Virus record (IMG/VR): IMGVR_UViG_3300038312_000251
Reading direction: 5' to 3' (one strand)
Source: an uncultured virus (IMG/VR IMGVR_UViG_3300038312_000251)
Taxonomy: Duplodnaviria > Heunggongvirae > Uroviricota > Caudoviricetes
DNA: 64,000 nucleotides
The first letter of the stretch is position 1. Every line of letters starts with the position of its first letter. Shown here in pieces: positions 30,308 to 39,350 of this stretch. The position numbers were made by a program, and so were the translations under genes. The notes beneath the pieces were generated by a model that saw nothing but the letters and a program-made list of their open reading frames with translations, ran no database searches and was not told the origin of the DNA.

Positions 30308-30970
30308 TTATTTTGCTACACACTTAAACTCAAAGAACTCGTCACCCTTGGGTCTGCCTGAATTTGTTTCTTCTTTTACCGCCCCTTTCTTATCCCTTAA
30401 CTTCTTCATAAACCATCTTAGCAAGTCCGCAGTAGCTTCTACGTCATTCATAGCACCATGAGCGTCAGTCAGCTTAATCTTAGCGTGTTGGCATGAAGCT
30501 CCTAAATTTAATTTTTCCTCACCCTTTATTCCGAACGCAAGTTTGGCTAATGAAAAGGTATCTATGAAATTTGGGTGGTGCCATTCAAACATATCACGTT
30601 TCTTTTCAAAGTCTAAAACCCAATTGATAAATCGGATATCAAATTGAACGTTATGACCAACTGGAATTAAACGTCCCATTTCTCTGTTCCTTGTTTTCAC
30701 TCTATGGTTTTCCCAAAAATCTTCCATAACAGCGGCAAACTCTTTAGAACTTAACCCCGAATTAATTTCAGACATTGTTACCATAGTCCTGTCCAGAGCA
30801 TCTTGCTCTATAATCAAATCTCCATAAGGTTTAACAAACGTTTCCCATCGGTCAATCTCCTTTAAAGTTTTGCCATCCAAAACCATTGCTGCGTATTGAG
30901 TTATTGGATTTTTGTTTTCATCCAAACCGCCTGTTTCGCAATCGAATACAATATAATTTGATTTCTGCAT
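30308..30970 (-). CDS. DEDDh 3'-5' exonuclease (DnaQ/epsilon-like)
   Basis: VFDCETGG, GHNVQFD, DT, AHGAMND. Confidence 0.9.
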   Translation of the reverse strand: MQKSNYIVFDCETGGLDENKNPITQYAAMVLDGKTLKEIDRWETFVKPYGDLIIEQDALDRTMVTMSEINSGLSSKEFAAVMEDFWENHRVKTRNREMGRLIPVGHNVQFDIRFINWVLDFEKKRDMFEWHHPNFIDTFSLAKLAFGIKGEEKLNLGASCQHAKIKLTDAHGAMNDVEATADLLRWFMKKLRDKKGAVKEETNSGRPKGDEFFEFKCVAK

Positions 30971-30994
30971 TATATTAAATTTTGTTTTAATAAT

Positions 30995-31029
30995 AAAACC
31001 GTGTAACTATTTTAACTTTGTTACACGGT
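30995..31029 (-). terminator. intrinsic terminator
   Basis: ACCGTGTAAC...GTTACACGGT perfect stem followed by Us on the minus strand. Confidence 0.6.
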
Positions 31030-31108
31030 CTTATTTTATTCAACCTATTTTACAAACCTGCTCAGGATTTAAAGTCCATCAAGTGAGGCTCTCTCAAGGC
31101 AAAATAGG

Positions 31109-31447
31109 TTATGTGAAAATCTCTTGGGTCGTTATATTAAAATAGGCTGTTTCGCTATACGCCCCGCATTGGTGAAAATTATTGGTATTAATCGAATTAT
31201 TATAAATATTATTTTTTGTTACGATAGGGTAAATAAGTTCATCGGTAAACGCATACATTAGCGCAACTTCAGAAGTAGCTTGCAAATCTGTCCTTTGGCA
31301 GAAATTAACGACAACAACGTCTTGGGTTTCTGAATAAATCATCTGTTCTGTTTTCAAATCCGTACCTACGTCACTGTCGATAGGTACAGTTGCTGATGCG
31401 GTAAACAGAAAAACAACCGACATAAGCATTAACAAAAACTTTCTCAT
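31109..31447 (-). CDS. exported small protein
   Basis: signal-peptide-like MRKFLLMLMSVVFLFTASA. Confidence 0.6.
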   Translation of the reverse strand: MRKFLLMLMSVVFLFTASATVPIDSDVGTDLKTEQMIYSETQDVVVVNFCQRTDLQATSEVALMYAFTDELIYPIVTKNNIYNNSINTNNFHQCGAYSETAYFNITTQEIFT

Positions 31448-31529
31448 TTTACAAAAAATTTAAAGTTTACAACGACTTTTTTTAACAGTTGGAGCTTGAC
31501 TGTATCGTTGCTTTTTTGCCCCCTTAGAA

Positions 31530-32108
31530 TTATTTAATATCTGAACTTTCCTTTTCGTAATTCACTCCATCATCTTCCGCTCTTAACCTTTCCGCTTCAG
31601 AGACAGGCTCAGATGATTTAGGTGCTTGCTCTTCTGTTTTCTCTGAGCTTTCGGTATCTTTACTTTCACCACTTTCTTCAGCTCCGAAAACAAGTTTGTA
31701 AACGATACATTTTCTTTTTTCTTCGCAACTTTCGCATTCTTCACGGTCAATAATCATCCCCTGATTAAATTCAACATCAACGGCTGAATCGGCAATCATT
31801 TGTTCGGCTGCTCTTAAACCCTTTTGAAAATGTTCTTCAGCAACTTTTGAAATAATGGAACCGCTTTTCTTAACCGCTTCTTCAATCGTGTCGTTGACAA
31901 TTTTCTGAACTTCTTCATGAGTGAATTTTTGTTTGGTAACACCCAAAACATGCTCCAAATTATTCATCACTATTTGTACGGCAGCAGCTCCATCAACATT
32001 ACCTCTTCTGCGATAAGTGTGATTGCTAAACCATAATGAATTCCAAAGCATCACCCTTTCGTTCTTGCTTAATAAAAGCGACAAAATTACTCTCTTAATT
32101 CTTTTCAT
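31530..32108 (-). CDS. hypothetical protein
   Basis: 192-aa ORF with CxxC...C. Confidence 0.7.
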   Translation of the reverse strand: MKRIKRVILSLLLSKNERVMLWNSLWFSNHTYRRRGNVDGAAAVQIVMNNLEHVLGVTKQKFTHEEVQKIVNDTIEEAVKKSGSIISKVAEEHFQKGLRAAEQMIADSAVDVEFNQGMIIDREECESCEEKRKCIVYKLVFGAEESGESKDTESSEKTEEQAPKSSEPVSEAERLRAEDDGVNYEKESSDIK

Positions 32109-32109
32109 T

Positions 32110-32520
32110 TTACTTTTGTTTTTTATTTGTTAATAAATCGAAACTTTTCCAACTTTCAGTATAAACCAAACTCCACTTTCCTTCATCGTCTTTTCTGATA
32201 ACCTTAACATATCTTTTCCTAAAGTCTTCATCGGTCATCGGTGAAACGTTTTTCAACATATCCTGATATTTCCTGTTAGGAACTTGTTCTTCAAAAGAAG
32301 CAACCTTTACAACCTCTCCCCTTTTCCAAGGCTTCAACAAATGTTTGTTATACGGTGTTGATTCTGGCTCTCCGTTTACAACCAAAAACTTTGGTAACTT
32401 TTCTTTATTTGTTATTGCTTTCATTTTAATGATACTTCTTAATTCACCTTTATAAACTTTGTTAAACAGAAAGAACGGAAAAAGGCTTGTTTTCGCCAAT
32501 CTCCGTTCTCGCTTTGTCAA
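32110..32520 (-). CDS. hypothetical protein (true start may be downstream)
   Basis: 136-aa ORF; MKAITNK is a plausible internal ATG start. Confidence 0.6.
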   Translation of the reverse strand: MTKRERRLAKTSLFPFFLFNKVYKGELRSIIKMKAITNKEKLPKFLVVNGEPESTPYNKHLLKPWKRGEVVKVASFEEQVPNRKYQDMLKNVSPMTDEDFRKRYVKVIRKDDEGKWSLVYTESWKSFDLLTNKKQK

Positions 32521-32538
32521 TTTGATTTTCTTTAATGA

Positions 32539-32844
32539 TTACTTCTTTGCCGATTTCTTTGCTGGCTTAGGTTCAATAACCTTTTTGATTGTTGAAGTTG
32601 GAGTGAATTTCAATGAATGACTTTCTTTCACATCCAACGGCTGTTTAGTCAAAGGATTGATGCCTTTGCGAGCAGGATTCACTTTTTGTTTGAACTTTCC
32701 AAGAGTAGGCAGATTCACATCATCTCCGTTTTCTACGCAAGCCTCAACGATAACTTCACTCATGACGTCAACTACCTTGTTAACATCTGTTTGGGTTAAA
32801 CCCGTTTTCTTTGCCACTGCGGCAACCAATTCATACTTTTTCAT
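32539..32844 (-). CDS. hup: HU-family histone-like DNA-binding protein
   Basis: K.ELVAAVAKKTGL, V.LP.LGKF, ARKGINP.T. Confidence 0.9.
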   Translation of the reverse strand: MKKYELVAAVAKKTGLTQTDVNKVVDVMSEVIVEACVENGDDVNLPTLGKFKQKVNPARKGINPLTKQPLDVKESHSLKFTPTSTIKKVIEPKPAKKSAKK

Positions 32845-32893
32845 TTTGTTCTACAATTAAATTAAACATTTAAACACGGTATCTATACCTGTT

Positions 32894-33307
32894 CTATACT
32901 TCAATAACGTTGAAACCCTCTTTTTTCAATCGTTCTAACATGGAAGTCCATCGGTCATCTCTCATTTTCTCCGTTAAAAACCAAACGCTTACATCGACTT
33001 TCGGGAAACGCATACTTGAAGTCATTCCCTTATTTATGGTTATTCCATACTCCCAGTGAGCTTTCGGTTTTTCTACAAACTGAATATCCTTTTCAATGCT
33101 TTCAATTCCAAACAAAGACATAGAAATTCCAACGTCATCAAAATTTATCATTGACCTGATATATCTCTGTTTTTCTTCATCCTCATCCAAGTCCTCATCT
33201 TCTTCATCCTCATAATCGCTTGGAGTACTTGAAACGGTTTTTCGCTTCTTTTCTGGATAAATAGGTTTTCCACTATCTTCAGGAATTTGACTTACATTTA
33301 CTTTCAT
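32894..33307 (-). CDS. hypothetical protein
   Basis: ORF-track frame; ATG 33307 (MKVNVS) preferred as start. Confidence 0.6.
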   Translation of the reverse strand: MKVNVSQIPEDSGKPIYPEKKRKTVSSTPSDYEDEEDEDLDEDEEKQRYIRSMINFDDVGISMSLFGIESIEKDIQFVEKPKAHWEYGITINKGMTSSMRFPKVDVSVWFLTEKMRDDRWTSMLERLKKEGFNVIEV

Positions 33308-33459
33308 AACAATTCTTTTTGATGTTTTACTGGATAGATAACTTTGATGGTTTACCCCCTTATGAATACAAGTTTTCCCCGAACCCCTTTCAAGATTCAT
33401 TCAAAATATTTGAAAAACTTGTTATACATGTACGTATGCATACGCAGGTAAAATCCCCC

Positions 33460-33672
33460 CTATAATCCCCCCTTCACGGCAATGTTTTCTTGTTGAAGTT
33501 TGTTTAATTTGTTTTGGTAATCAGCCAAGCCTTCACGCAATATTGGAAGTGGGTGTTGGGTGTAATTTTCCATTTTACCGTCAAGAATATCTTGTATGAT
33601 TTTAATATCCCTTTCCAGTTGTGAAATTTGCGTTTTTCTGTAATCTTTTGCCGTTTCCTTAATTGTTTTCAT
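33460..33672 (-). CDS. small hypothetical protein
   Basis: 70-aa ORF. Confidence 0.6.
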   Translation of the reverse strand: MKTIKETAKDYRKTQISQLERDIKIIQDILDGKMENYTQHPLPILREGLADYQNKLNKLQQENIAVKGGL

Positions 33673-33674
33673 AC

Positions 33675-33956
33675 TTATTTTTTGTTTTGATTATTATACC
33701 ACTTGATGTAATCTACAGCATTTTTGTATGTTACATTAATAAATTTCGTATTAATATAAACACCACAAGAAAATTGACCAAGTGAATCTTTATATTTTAT
33801 GTAGTCATCGCTCGAATGAATTTTATCAATAACAGGAATTAACCAATCCCATGAGGAATGATATTTATAAATTTTATCTCTTGGGTCAAATGCTCTATTT
33901 ATACCCATAAAATCGGCAATTAATTTATTACCTTCTAAAATTTCTTGTTCTGACAT
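33675..33956 (-). CDS. small phage protein
   Basis: NKLIADFMG...KYHSSWDWLIPVIDKI motif, recalled as common in Bacteroidota phages. Confidence 0.65.
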   Translation of the reverse strand: MSEQEILEGNKLIADFMGINRAFDPRDKIYKYHSSWDWLIPVIDKIHSSDDYIKYKDSLGQFSCGVYINTKFINVTYKNAVDYIKWYNNQNKK

Positions 33957-34110
33957 ACTTATTTGTTTGATTGCTCGTCATCTTTTTATTCTTATGAGAT
34001 ACGAACTAACGTTATACATTATAAAACTTTGTATCAGTTTTGTAATATGATTGCTTCGTCACCTTCCGCTGTACTGACCTTCTACTAAAAAAGAAAGGTT
34101 GAGAAAAATC

Positions 34111-34296
34111 TCAACCCCAAATGACATAATTCAAAAAATCAACCACGCCTTCCCACCAAGATAGGAACTTTAACATCAACCAAGAAAAGATAAAGAATAA
34201 AGAACCGTATGTGAAAACCTTCCACGCTTTCCGATATTTGTTTTTCAGTACCTTTTTGCCAAAACGTCCATTAATTGCATTAATAATCTTTTCCAT
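34111..34296 (-). CDS. small membrane protein
   Basis: hydrophobic C-terminal half; downstream of a host-type promoter. Confidence 0.6.
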   Translation of the reverse strand: MEKIINAINGRFGKKVLKNKYRKAWKVFTYGSLFFIFSWLMLKFLSWWEGVVDFLNYVIWG

Positions 34297-34338
34297 ATCT
34301 AAATTTGTTTGTTATTGTTTAAAACTCTGTTTACAATA

Positions 34339-34369
34339 CAAAATTAGATAATAGTTTTTAAACGGCAAA
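34339..34369 (-). promoter_or_regulatory. Bacteroidota sigma-A type promoter
   Basis: TTTG-CCGTTTAAAAACTATTATC(19 nt)-TAATTTTG. Confidence 0.75.
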
Positions 34370-34371
34370 AT

Positions 34372-34406
34372 AAAAAGGGAAAAATCTTGCGAAAATTCCC
34401 TTTTTT
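34372..34406 (-). terminator. intrinsic terminator
   Basis: AAAAGGGAA...TTCCCTTTT hairpin. Confidence 0.6.
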
Positions 34407-34425
34407 AACTAAATCAATGGTGTTT

Positions 34426-34680
34426 TTACCACATAATGTTTACGCTGCCCGATATAACCGTAATTGAATCACCTTCTGGAATGAAAAAATATTCCTTTTC
34501 TCCTGCGGTCATCGTTATGTTAGAAGCGGTTTGTGAAGTCAACCTGATTGCTGAATCTACAGTTGCTTTAATCCTTACTAACTTTCCACCAAGTTCATGA
34601 GCTACAAGTCCAGGGGCAAAATCGTCTCCATATCCAAGCTCCATCCAAGGAACATTTGGGAATGATTTATTTGATTTCAT
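34426..34680 (-). CDS. small beta-rich hypothetical protein
   Basis: 84-aa ORF with an AGTTAT motif upstream and a terminator downstream. Confidence 0.65.
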   Translation of the reverse strand: MKSNKSFPNVPWMELGYGDDFAPGLVAHELGGKLVRIKATVDSAIRLTSQTASNITMTAGEKEYFFIPEGDSITVISGSVNIMW

Positions 34681-35032
34681 ATTTCAAAATTTTATTAATG
34701 TTTTACTACTAATAACTGAATATGTGTTATTCGTTTATGATAGCAATAATAACGCTAACAATACAACAGACATAATAGTTATTACAATTCCACCGCCTAT
34801 TAATATTGATAACAATTCTGCTTTCTCTGGAGTCATGTTACTTTTTCCCATGTTATTTGATTTTTAGTCCATTTATAACTTCGTACCCATATTGCCATCT
34901 TAACCGCTCTTCAACCTCACTTTTATCCTTTGCTTGGATTTCCATTTTAACTTGTTTGATTTGTTCCTTTCTATGTTTGCTTCCAAAGAACTTAATTTTG
35001 AACGTTTCCAAATCTCTCATTAGTTTAAATTG

Positions 35033-35470
35033 TTAAGATAGTGTTTTTAATTCATTAATTTTAGACAATATTTTTTCTCTGTAATCCGAACCAGCTCTTG
35101 GATTATGTAACTTAATAGCTCGGTTTATATCCTTATCTGGATTGTAATAACTTTGATAAATCTCAAACATTTCTAAACTTTTATCAATATCAGCACGGCA
35201 ATCCAAAGTGAATTTTTCTTCTCCTAAAATACGGTTCACATCTTTAACATATATTGGCGTTATTTGTAAAATACCAAGGTCATTTGTTTTTCCTACGGCA
35301 AAAGGATTTCCCGAACTTTCTATGAAAATCAATGCTTCTACGAAAATATCCCATTCCGTCACTTCTTCTACCTCTTCAGAAATTTCCTCAATATCAAATT
35401 CTGTTATAGGATTGTTTAAATTGCAACCCAATGAAAAGATGAAAAGACTGACTAAAAATAACTTTTTCAT
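35033..35470 (-). CDS. lysozyme-fold (SLT/destabilase-like) muralytic enzyme with lipoprotein-like signal
   Basis: MKKLFLVSLFIFSLGC; IESSGN, GILQI; ATG 35470 overlaps the upstream stop. Confidence 0.7.
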   Translation of the reverse strand: MKKLFLVSLFIFSLGCNLNNPITEFDIEEISEEVEEVTEWDIFVEALIFIESSGNPFAVGKTNDLGILQITPIYVKDVNRILGEEKFTLDCRADIDKSLEMFEIYQSYYNPDKDINRAIKLHNPRAGSDYREKILSKINELKTLS

Positions 35471-35958
35471 TTCATCAATAACATTAGTTGAATATAGATA
35501 TTTATGAATGCTATAATTTCTATCCAAAAGATTTTGTTTTTAACCCTTATAAACTCAAAATACAGCACTGCACTCGGAACTATACATAAGACTGTTAAAA
35601 TAATGTTTCCGTATAAAGATGACCATATATAGCTTGCTAACAAACATATAATTGCTGCTGTTACGTGAACTTTTCTTTCCATACTTTTGTCTTTAAATTC
35701 AGGAGCAGCTCCAACAAACATTAACGCTCCGCAAGCAGCAAACGGTAAAATATCCCAATCTGTTTGTAAAACCTCTATCCAATAAATCAATAAAGGCAAG
35801 GCTGTAAGCCAGCAAAAGAAAGTAAACAGGCTTGACAAATTGCGTTCTTTTAATGAATAAGAACTGTCTGAAACGCTTGCGGGAACTCCGAATGTTAAAA
35901 CAACAAATGAGTTGTACGCAATAAATGCGATTAACGAAATTAAAAATAATGTAATCAT
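35467..35958 (-). CDS. multi-pass membrane protein
   Basis: about five hydrophobic segments; P.SVSDS.Y, FVGAAP.FK. Confidence 0.75.
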   Translation of the reverse strand: MITLFLISLIAFIAYNSFVVLTFGVPASVSDSSYSLKERNLSSLFTFFCWLTALPLLIYWIEVLQTDWDILPFAACGALMFVGAAPEFKDKSMERKVHVTAAIICLLASYIWSSLYGNIILTVLCIVPSAVLYFEFIRVKNKIFWIEIIAFINIYIQLMLLMK

Positions 35959-36185
35959 TTCTTTAAAGTTTTATTTGATTTCGATTCTTGTTGACTTCTT
36001 TCTTCTGGATGTCTGTTGAAATATTCTTCAATCACTTTCCAATTGTTTACATTCACTCCCAACTCTCTTGCTATTTGATTTAGCTCTGGAAGAGTTTCAA
36101 AAACTGTTTTCCCTTTATTTGCTTCCAACATTTTTTCAACCTTTATTTAATAACTTATATTTGTTTTATAAAACTTTGTAAAAAT

Positions 36186-36214
36186 AAAAAAAAGGGGCAA
36201 CTTTCGCTTGCCCC
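36186..36214 (-). terminator. intrinsic terminator closing the tmRNA coding piece
   Basis: GGGGCAAG-CGAAAG-TTGCCCC followed by U8. Confidence 0.8.
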
Positions 36215-36478
36215 AATTTTCGGTTTACGCTACAGCTCTCAGCTGCGTCGGAAACATTTGAATTGTTTTGCCTGTTATTGGCTTGTAAGCACTCCGCAAA
36301 TCCTACTCATACGCTGTCAAATCCATTCACCCCCAAAATGAAGGTTTTTGAAGAGACACCTACAAACTCAGGGCTGCTTGGTTTAGCAGTTCCACCATCC
36401 TTTCTGGAAGGAGTGGAGGTGGGGGGCATCGAACCCCCGTCCAAACGTACTTTTTTAAATACTTCAACGCACTTACAT
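36186..36478 (-). ncRNA. ssrA: circularly permuted (two-piece) tmRNA
   Basis: on the minus strand the T-arm GGGGG-TTCGATG-CCCCC and acceptor strand CACCTCC-A (ends 36414) come before the 5' strand GGGGGTG-AATGGATTTGAC (starts 36334); G3.U70 pair; tag ORF 36272-36225 GKTIQMFPTQLRAVA* after ATAACA. Confidence 0.9.
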
Positions 36479-36501
36479 ATCTTATATAACTGTGTAAGCA
36501 A

Positions 36502-36780
36502 TTATTTAATTTGACTTTTATCGCAAATCAATACATCTCCTACTATAAAATCATGTACATACAAGAACTTTCGATACAGCATTGTAGCTCTTTCGTTGTA
36601 CGGTAAATTTCTCAATTTGCCTTCTTCATTCAATACCATTACCCTACCTTCATCATCTCTCAAGAATTTGATTTCAATCCAACCATCTACGATTGCTTGT
36701 AATTCTTCCAACTGGAAGTCTGTTCCGTTTTTCGGCTCTACGTTCTCAACGTCACCGCTTGCTCTATAAATTAGTGCCAT
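36502..36780 (-). CDS. DUF3846-like protein
   Basis: F.LEELQAIVDGWIE, NEEGKL..LPYNERAT, IVGDVL; start MALIY at 36780. Confidence 0.75.
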   Translation of the reverse strand: MALIYRASGDVENVEPKNGTDFQLEELQAIVDGWIEIKFLRDDEGRVMVLNEEGKLRNLPYNERATMLYRKFLYVHDFIVGDVLICDKSQIK

Positions 36781-36781
36781 G

Positions 36782-36892
36782 TTACTTTCTTTTATTTTTG
36801 TAATATTCAAACACAATGTAAACAAATACCGCAATTACCGTACATACAATCACAATTGCTACGGTAAACCAAGTTGCTTCTTTTTCTGTCAT
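36782..36892 (-). CDS. 36-aa single-TM peptide (below ORF-track cutoff)
   Basis: MTEKEATWFTVAIVIVCTVIAVFVYIVFEYYKNKRK*; ATGA overlap with the upstream gene, stop 1 nt before the next ATG. Confidence 0.6.
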   Translation of the reverse strand: MTEKEATWFTVAIVIVCTVIAVFVYIVFEYYKNKRK

Positions 36893-37164
36893 AATACAAC
36901 TGAATAATCTACGTGGATTATCATTTTCTTGACTCCGTTTGCGGAAACTTTTTTGACTACTTCGTCAATGAAAAGTCTTTGACCCCTGAATTCAATTTCT
37001 ACGTGAGCGTCAGAGTCATCCATTACATCCATCGGTTCATCACCCTCAGGTTTAAACCCTTCTTCAATTTTGTCCGCCAGAAACGACATTCTGGTGTAGT
37101 CAGCTCCTAAATCCTCAATGTATCCATTAGGATTGAGCTCATTAAATTTACTATCAGTTTTCAT
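36889..37164 (-). CDS. hypothetical protein
   Basis: 91-aa ORF. Confidence 0.65.
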   Translation of the reverse strand: MKTDSKFNELNPNGYIEDLGADYTRMSFLADKIEEGFKPEGDEPMDVMDDSDAHVEIEFRGQRLFIDEVVKKVSANGVKKMIIHVDYSVVL

Positions 37165-37330
37165 GTCTCTACGTGTTTTATTGTTAAAAACTCTATTGCT
37201 TCTTGCACTTCTTTGTGAGCTGGAATATCATCCGATGAAGGTTCAAATCCTGCTAAATAAGCAGCTTCCAAAATCATATTGTCGTCCATCTCTAAAACGT
37301 TTGCCATTGCTAAATTTCCGTCCATGATTT

Positions 37331-38083
37331 CTATTTTTTTAAATCCGTTCTTTGTCCTTGTTTCTTATTCGCAGGATTGGTTCTCCAATCAAATTTCCCT
37401 TCAGCATATTCCGTCCATATCCAAGTGGGGTGCTTAGGGTGTATGTCACCCACTTTGCGGGCAGTTTTAGCTCCTTTATTAACGGTGTTAGACTTCTTAT
37501 CAGCTTCCGCTTTCGGTTTCTTCTCTGCCTTTGTAGGAACTGGTAACTCATCGACTTTAAAATGATAGAAACTCATATCAGATTGTCCTACGAAATTCAC
37601 CACGTCATAACCCGTGCCCGTGTCGTATGTTCCAACAACTCCCTTTACGACTAAACTTCCAACAACTCCCTTTACGGTCTTTACATCCCATTTCAAATCT
37701 TTTGCAATGTCGTTGCAATCAATGTCGCTGTAATCCTCTCCGAAATAAGAACGCAAGACATTATTCAAATAAACTACTAACGTCAATTCTTTTTCGGTCA
37801 ACTTCAGATTTTTGTCGTCAATGATATCCTTTACGGTCTTGGATTTAAAATCTCTCAAACGGCTCGAAACGATTTTGTAAATCTCTTCACTGATATCATT
37901 CCCATCAACATTATCCAATGCCTTGAAATTATCCCAATTCTCAACAACCCAATTTGCCACTTCTTTATCTTTTTTGGCCGCAGGTCTTTTCTTGCTCGAA
38001 ATTGCGGACATTTTAACCGACTTAATTTCATTCAACCTCTGAATGCGTTCATCCGCTACTGTTTGATTTACGATTGCTTTCAT
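37331..38083 (-). CDS. winged-helix-like protein with C-terminal HP-W-W-DWR module
   Basis: LTEKE...DIAKDLKWDVKTVKGVVGSLVVKG; RKVGDIHPKHPTWIWTEYAEGKFDWR. Confidence 0.65.
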   Translation of the reverse strand: MKAIVNQTVADERIQRLNEIKSVKMSAISSKKRPAAKKDKEVANWVVENWDNFKALDNVDGNDISEEIYKIVSSRLRDFKSKTVKDIIDDKNLKLTEKELTLVVYLNNVLRSYFGEDYSDIDCNDIAKDLKWDVKTVKGVVGSLVVKGVVGTYDTGTGYDVVNFVGQSDMSFYHFKVDELPVPTKAEKKPKAEADKKSNTVNKGAKTARKVGDIHPKHPTWIWTEYAEGKFDWRTNPANKKQGQRTDLKK

Positions 38084-38140
38084 GATTCCTTGTTTTTTTG
38101 ATGTTCTTGTTGTTAATAACTTTGCTAATAAAACTTCTTG

Positions 38141-38845
38141 CTAACCCCTTTCGTAATTTTCTGGTAATTCAGCATCATCCGTATTCAAAACAAACCAAAT
38201 AACATAATCGCTCAGTTTGTTATATGCCGCCATGTTTTCACTGTTGAAATAATTACCTCCATGTTCTTCTACTGAATATGCAATGATTCTTTCTACGGCA
38301 CTGATAATTTCATATACTTCGCCCCTATCAAATTCCTTTACAAGATTTTCTTGAATAAGGTCTATGAACTCTTGATAAAATGAAGTGATTACAACGCTCT
38401 CAATTTCTTCTTCAGTAATAACTCCGCTTCCCCCACAATCTTCACAACACTCAAAACTGTCCTGCTCCCCATAAACCTCTATTTCTCCGCTCCCACCACA
38501 AGTATCGCAAGCATATTCCGTTTCTCCATACTCTGCTTCAGCGGCATTACAATTACCGTTGTTACAATAATCATAAAACAAACGACTGATTGCCCTGATA
38601 AGCTCTCCGTGTAACGTTTCAGCAGCTCCAGACGATGGAACCATTTTGGCGTACAATTCCTCATATTCCTTTTGATACGCTCCGTTCCCATCCCAATAGC
38701 TATTTCCAAGCTCCGTTGTTTTGACGTCAGAAATTAAACCGCTCTTAACTTTTTCCCTTATACTGTCGTAACAGTCATTGTCCGAATGGTTGAGTAATAT
38801 ACTCAAATCCTTTAACTCTTTTCTTGATAATTCGATAGTTTTCAT
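38141..38845 (-). CDS. protein with DnaJ-type zinc-finger repeats
   Basis: CDTCGGSG and CEDCGGSG. Confidence 0.65.
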   Translation of the reverse strand: MKTIELSRKELKDLSILLNHSDNDCYDSIREKVKSGLISDVKTTELGNSYWDGNGAYQKEYEELYAKMVPSSGAAETLHGELIRAISRLFYDYCNNGNCNAAEAEYGETEYACDTCGGSGEIEVYGEQDSFECCEDCGGSGVITEEEIESVVITSFYQEFIDLIQENLVKEFDRGEVYEIISAVERIIAYSVEEHGGNYFNSENMAAYNKLSDYVIWFVLNTDDAELPENYERG

Positions 38846-39072
38846 GATTAAATCTCCTATTCTTTAAATTGTTGTTTGTCGATTTTTAAGTGTTTCGTTT
38901 CGTTTACTGATATAAAGATACGTACTTCTTGCGAAATAAAAAAACTTTTCCCAAAGAATTTTTGGTAAAATAGGCAAAATTTAACGTTTTTAACCTTTCT
39001 TTGTTACTTTTACCAATAAAAAAGCTCCGAACTTTACAGCCCAGAGCTTCAATCAAATCAAGCAATCTAAAT

Positions 39073-39324
39073 TTACATATCCTGCCACCAATACTTTTCA
39101 TTCTCATCAAAGGATTGGTTTTTCTTTTCTTCTCCTTTTACAACAACCTTTCTTTTGGTAGCCCATAAGGTATCATTTGGAACTCTATTATGAGTAAAAC
39201 CCAAAAGTTGTATCTTGTAACTCTTTTCAGTTTCTTTGATTATCTTAACGGGCACTTGCTTCTTTTCAAAAGTACCATCCCATTTGTTTACTTCAAAGTG
39301 ATATGTTCCGTATCTTGCCTCCAT
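39073..39324 (-). CDS. hypothetical protein
   Basis: 83-aa ORF followed by a hairpin at ~39018-39049. Confidence 0.65.
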   Translation of the reverse strand: MEARYGTYHFEVNKWDGTFEKKQVPVKIIKETEKSYKIQLLGFTHNRVPNDTLWATKRKVVVKGEEKKNQSFDENEKYWWQDM

Positions 39325-39350
39325 TGTTATATTTTTTCTTAAAAACTTTG

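Noticed and set aside
36414..36445. Stand-alone tRNA or integration-site tRNA fragment
   Set aside because: No anticodon arm upstream; the matching 5' acceptor strand and a tag ORF lie downstream, which fits a permuted tmRNA; no integrase nearby
36263..36514. ORF-track entries 36307..36501 (-) and 36263..36514 (+)
   Set aside because: Both overlap the tmRNA gene and have non-ATG starts with no protein-like features
36830..36868. Possible H-type pseudoknot (GCAATT/AATTGC and ACCGTA/TACGGT)
   Set aside because: Lies inside a plausible 36-aa TM peptide ORF; the short stems are likely coincidental
37632..37676. Direct repeat CCAACAACTCCCTTTACG (two copies)
   Set aside because: Explained by the coding repeat VKGVVG within the wHTH-like protein
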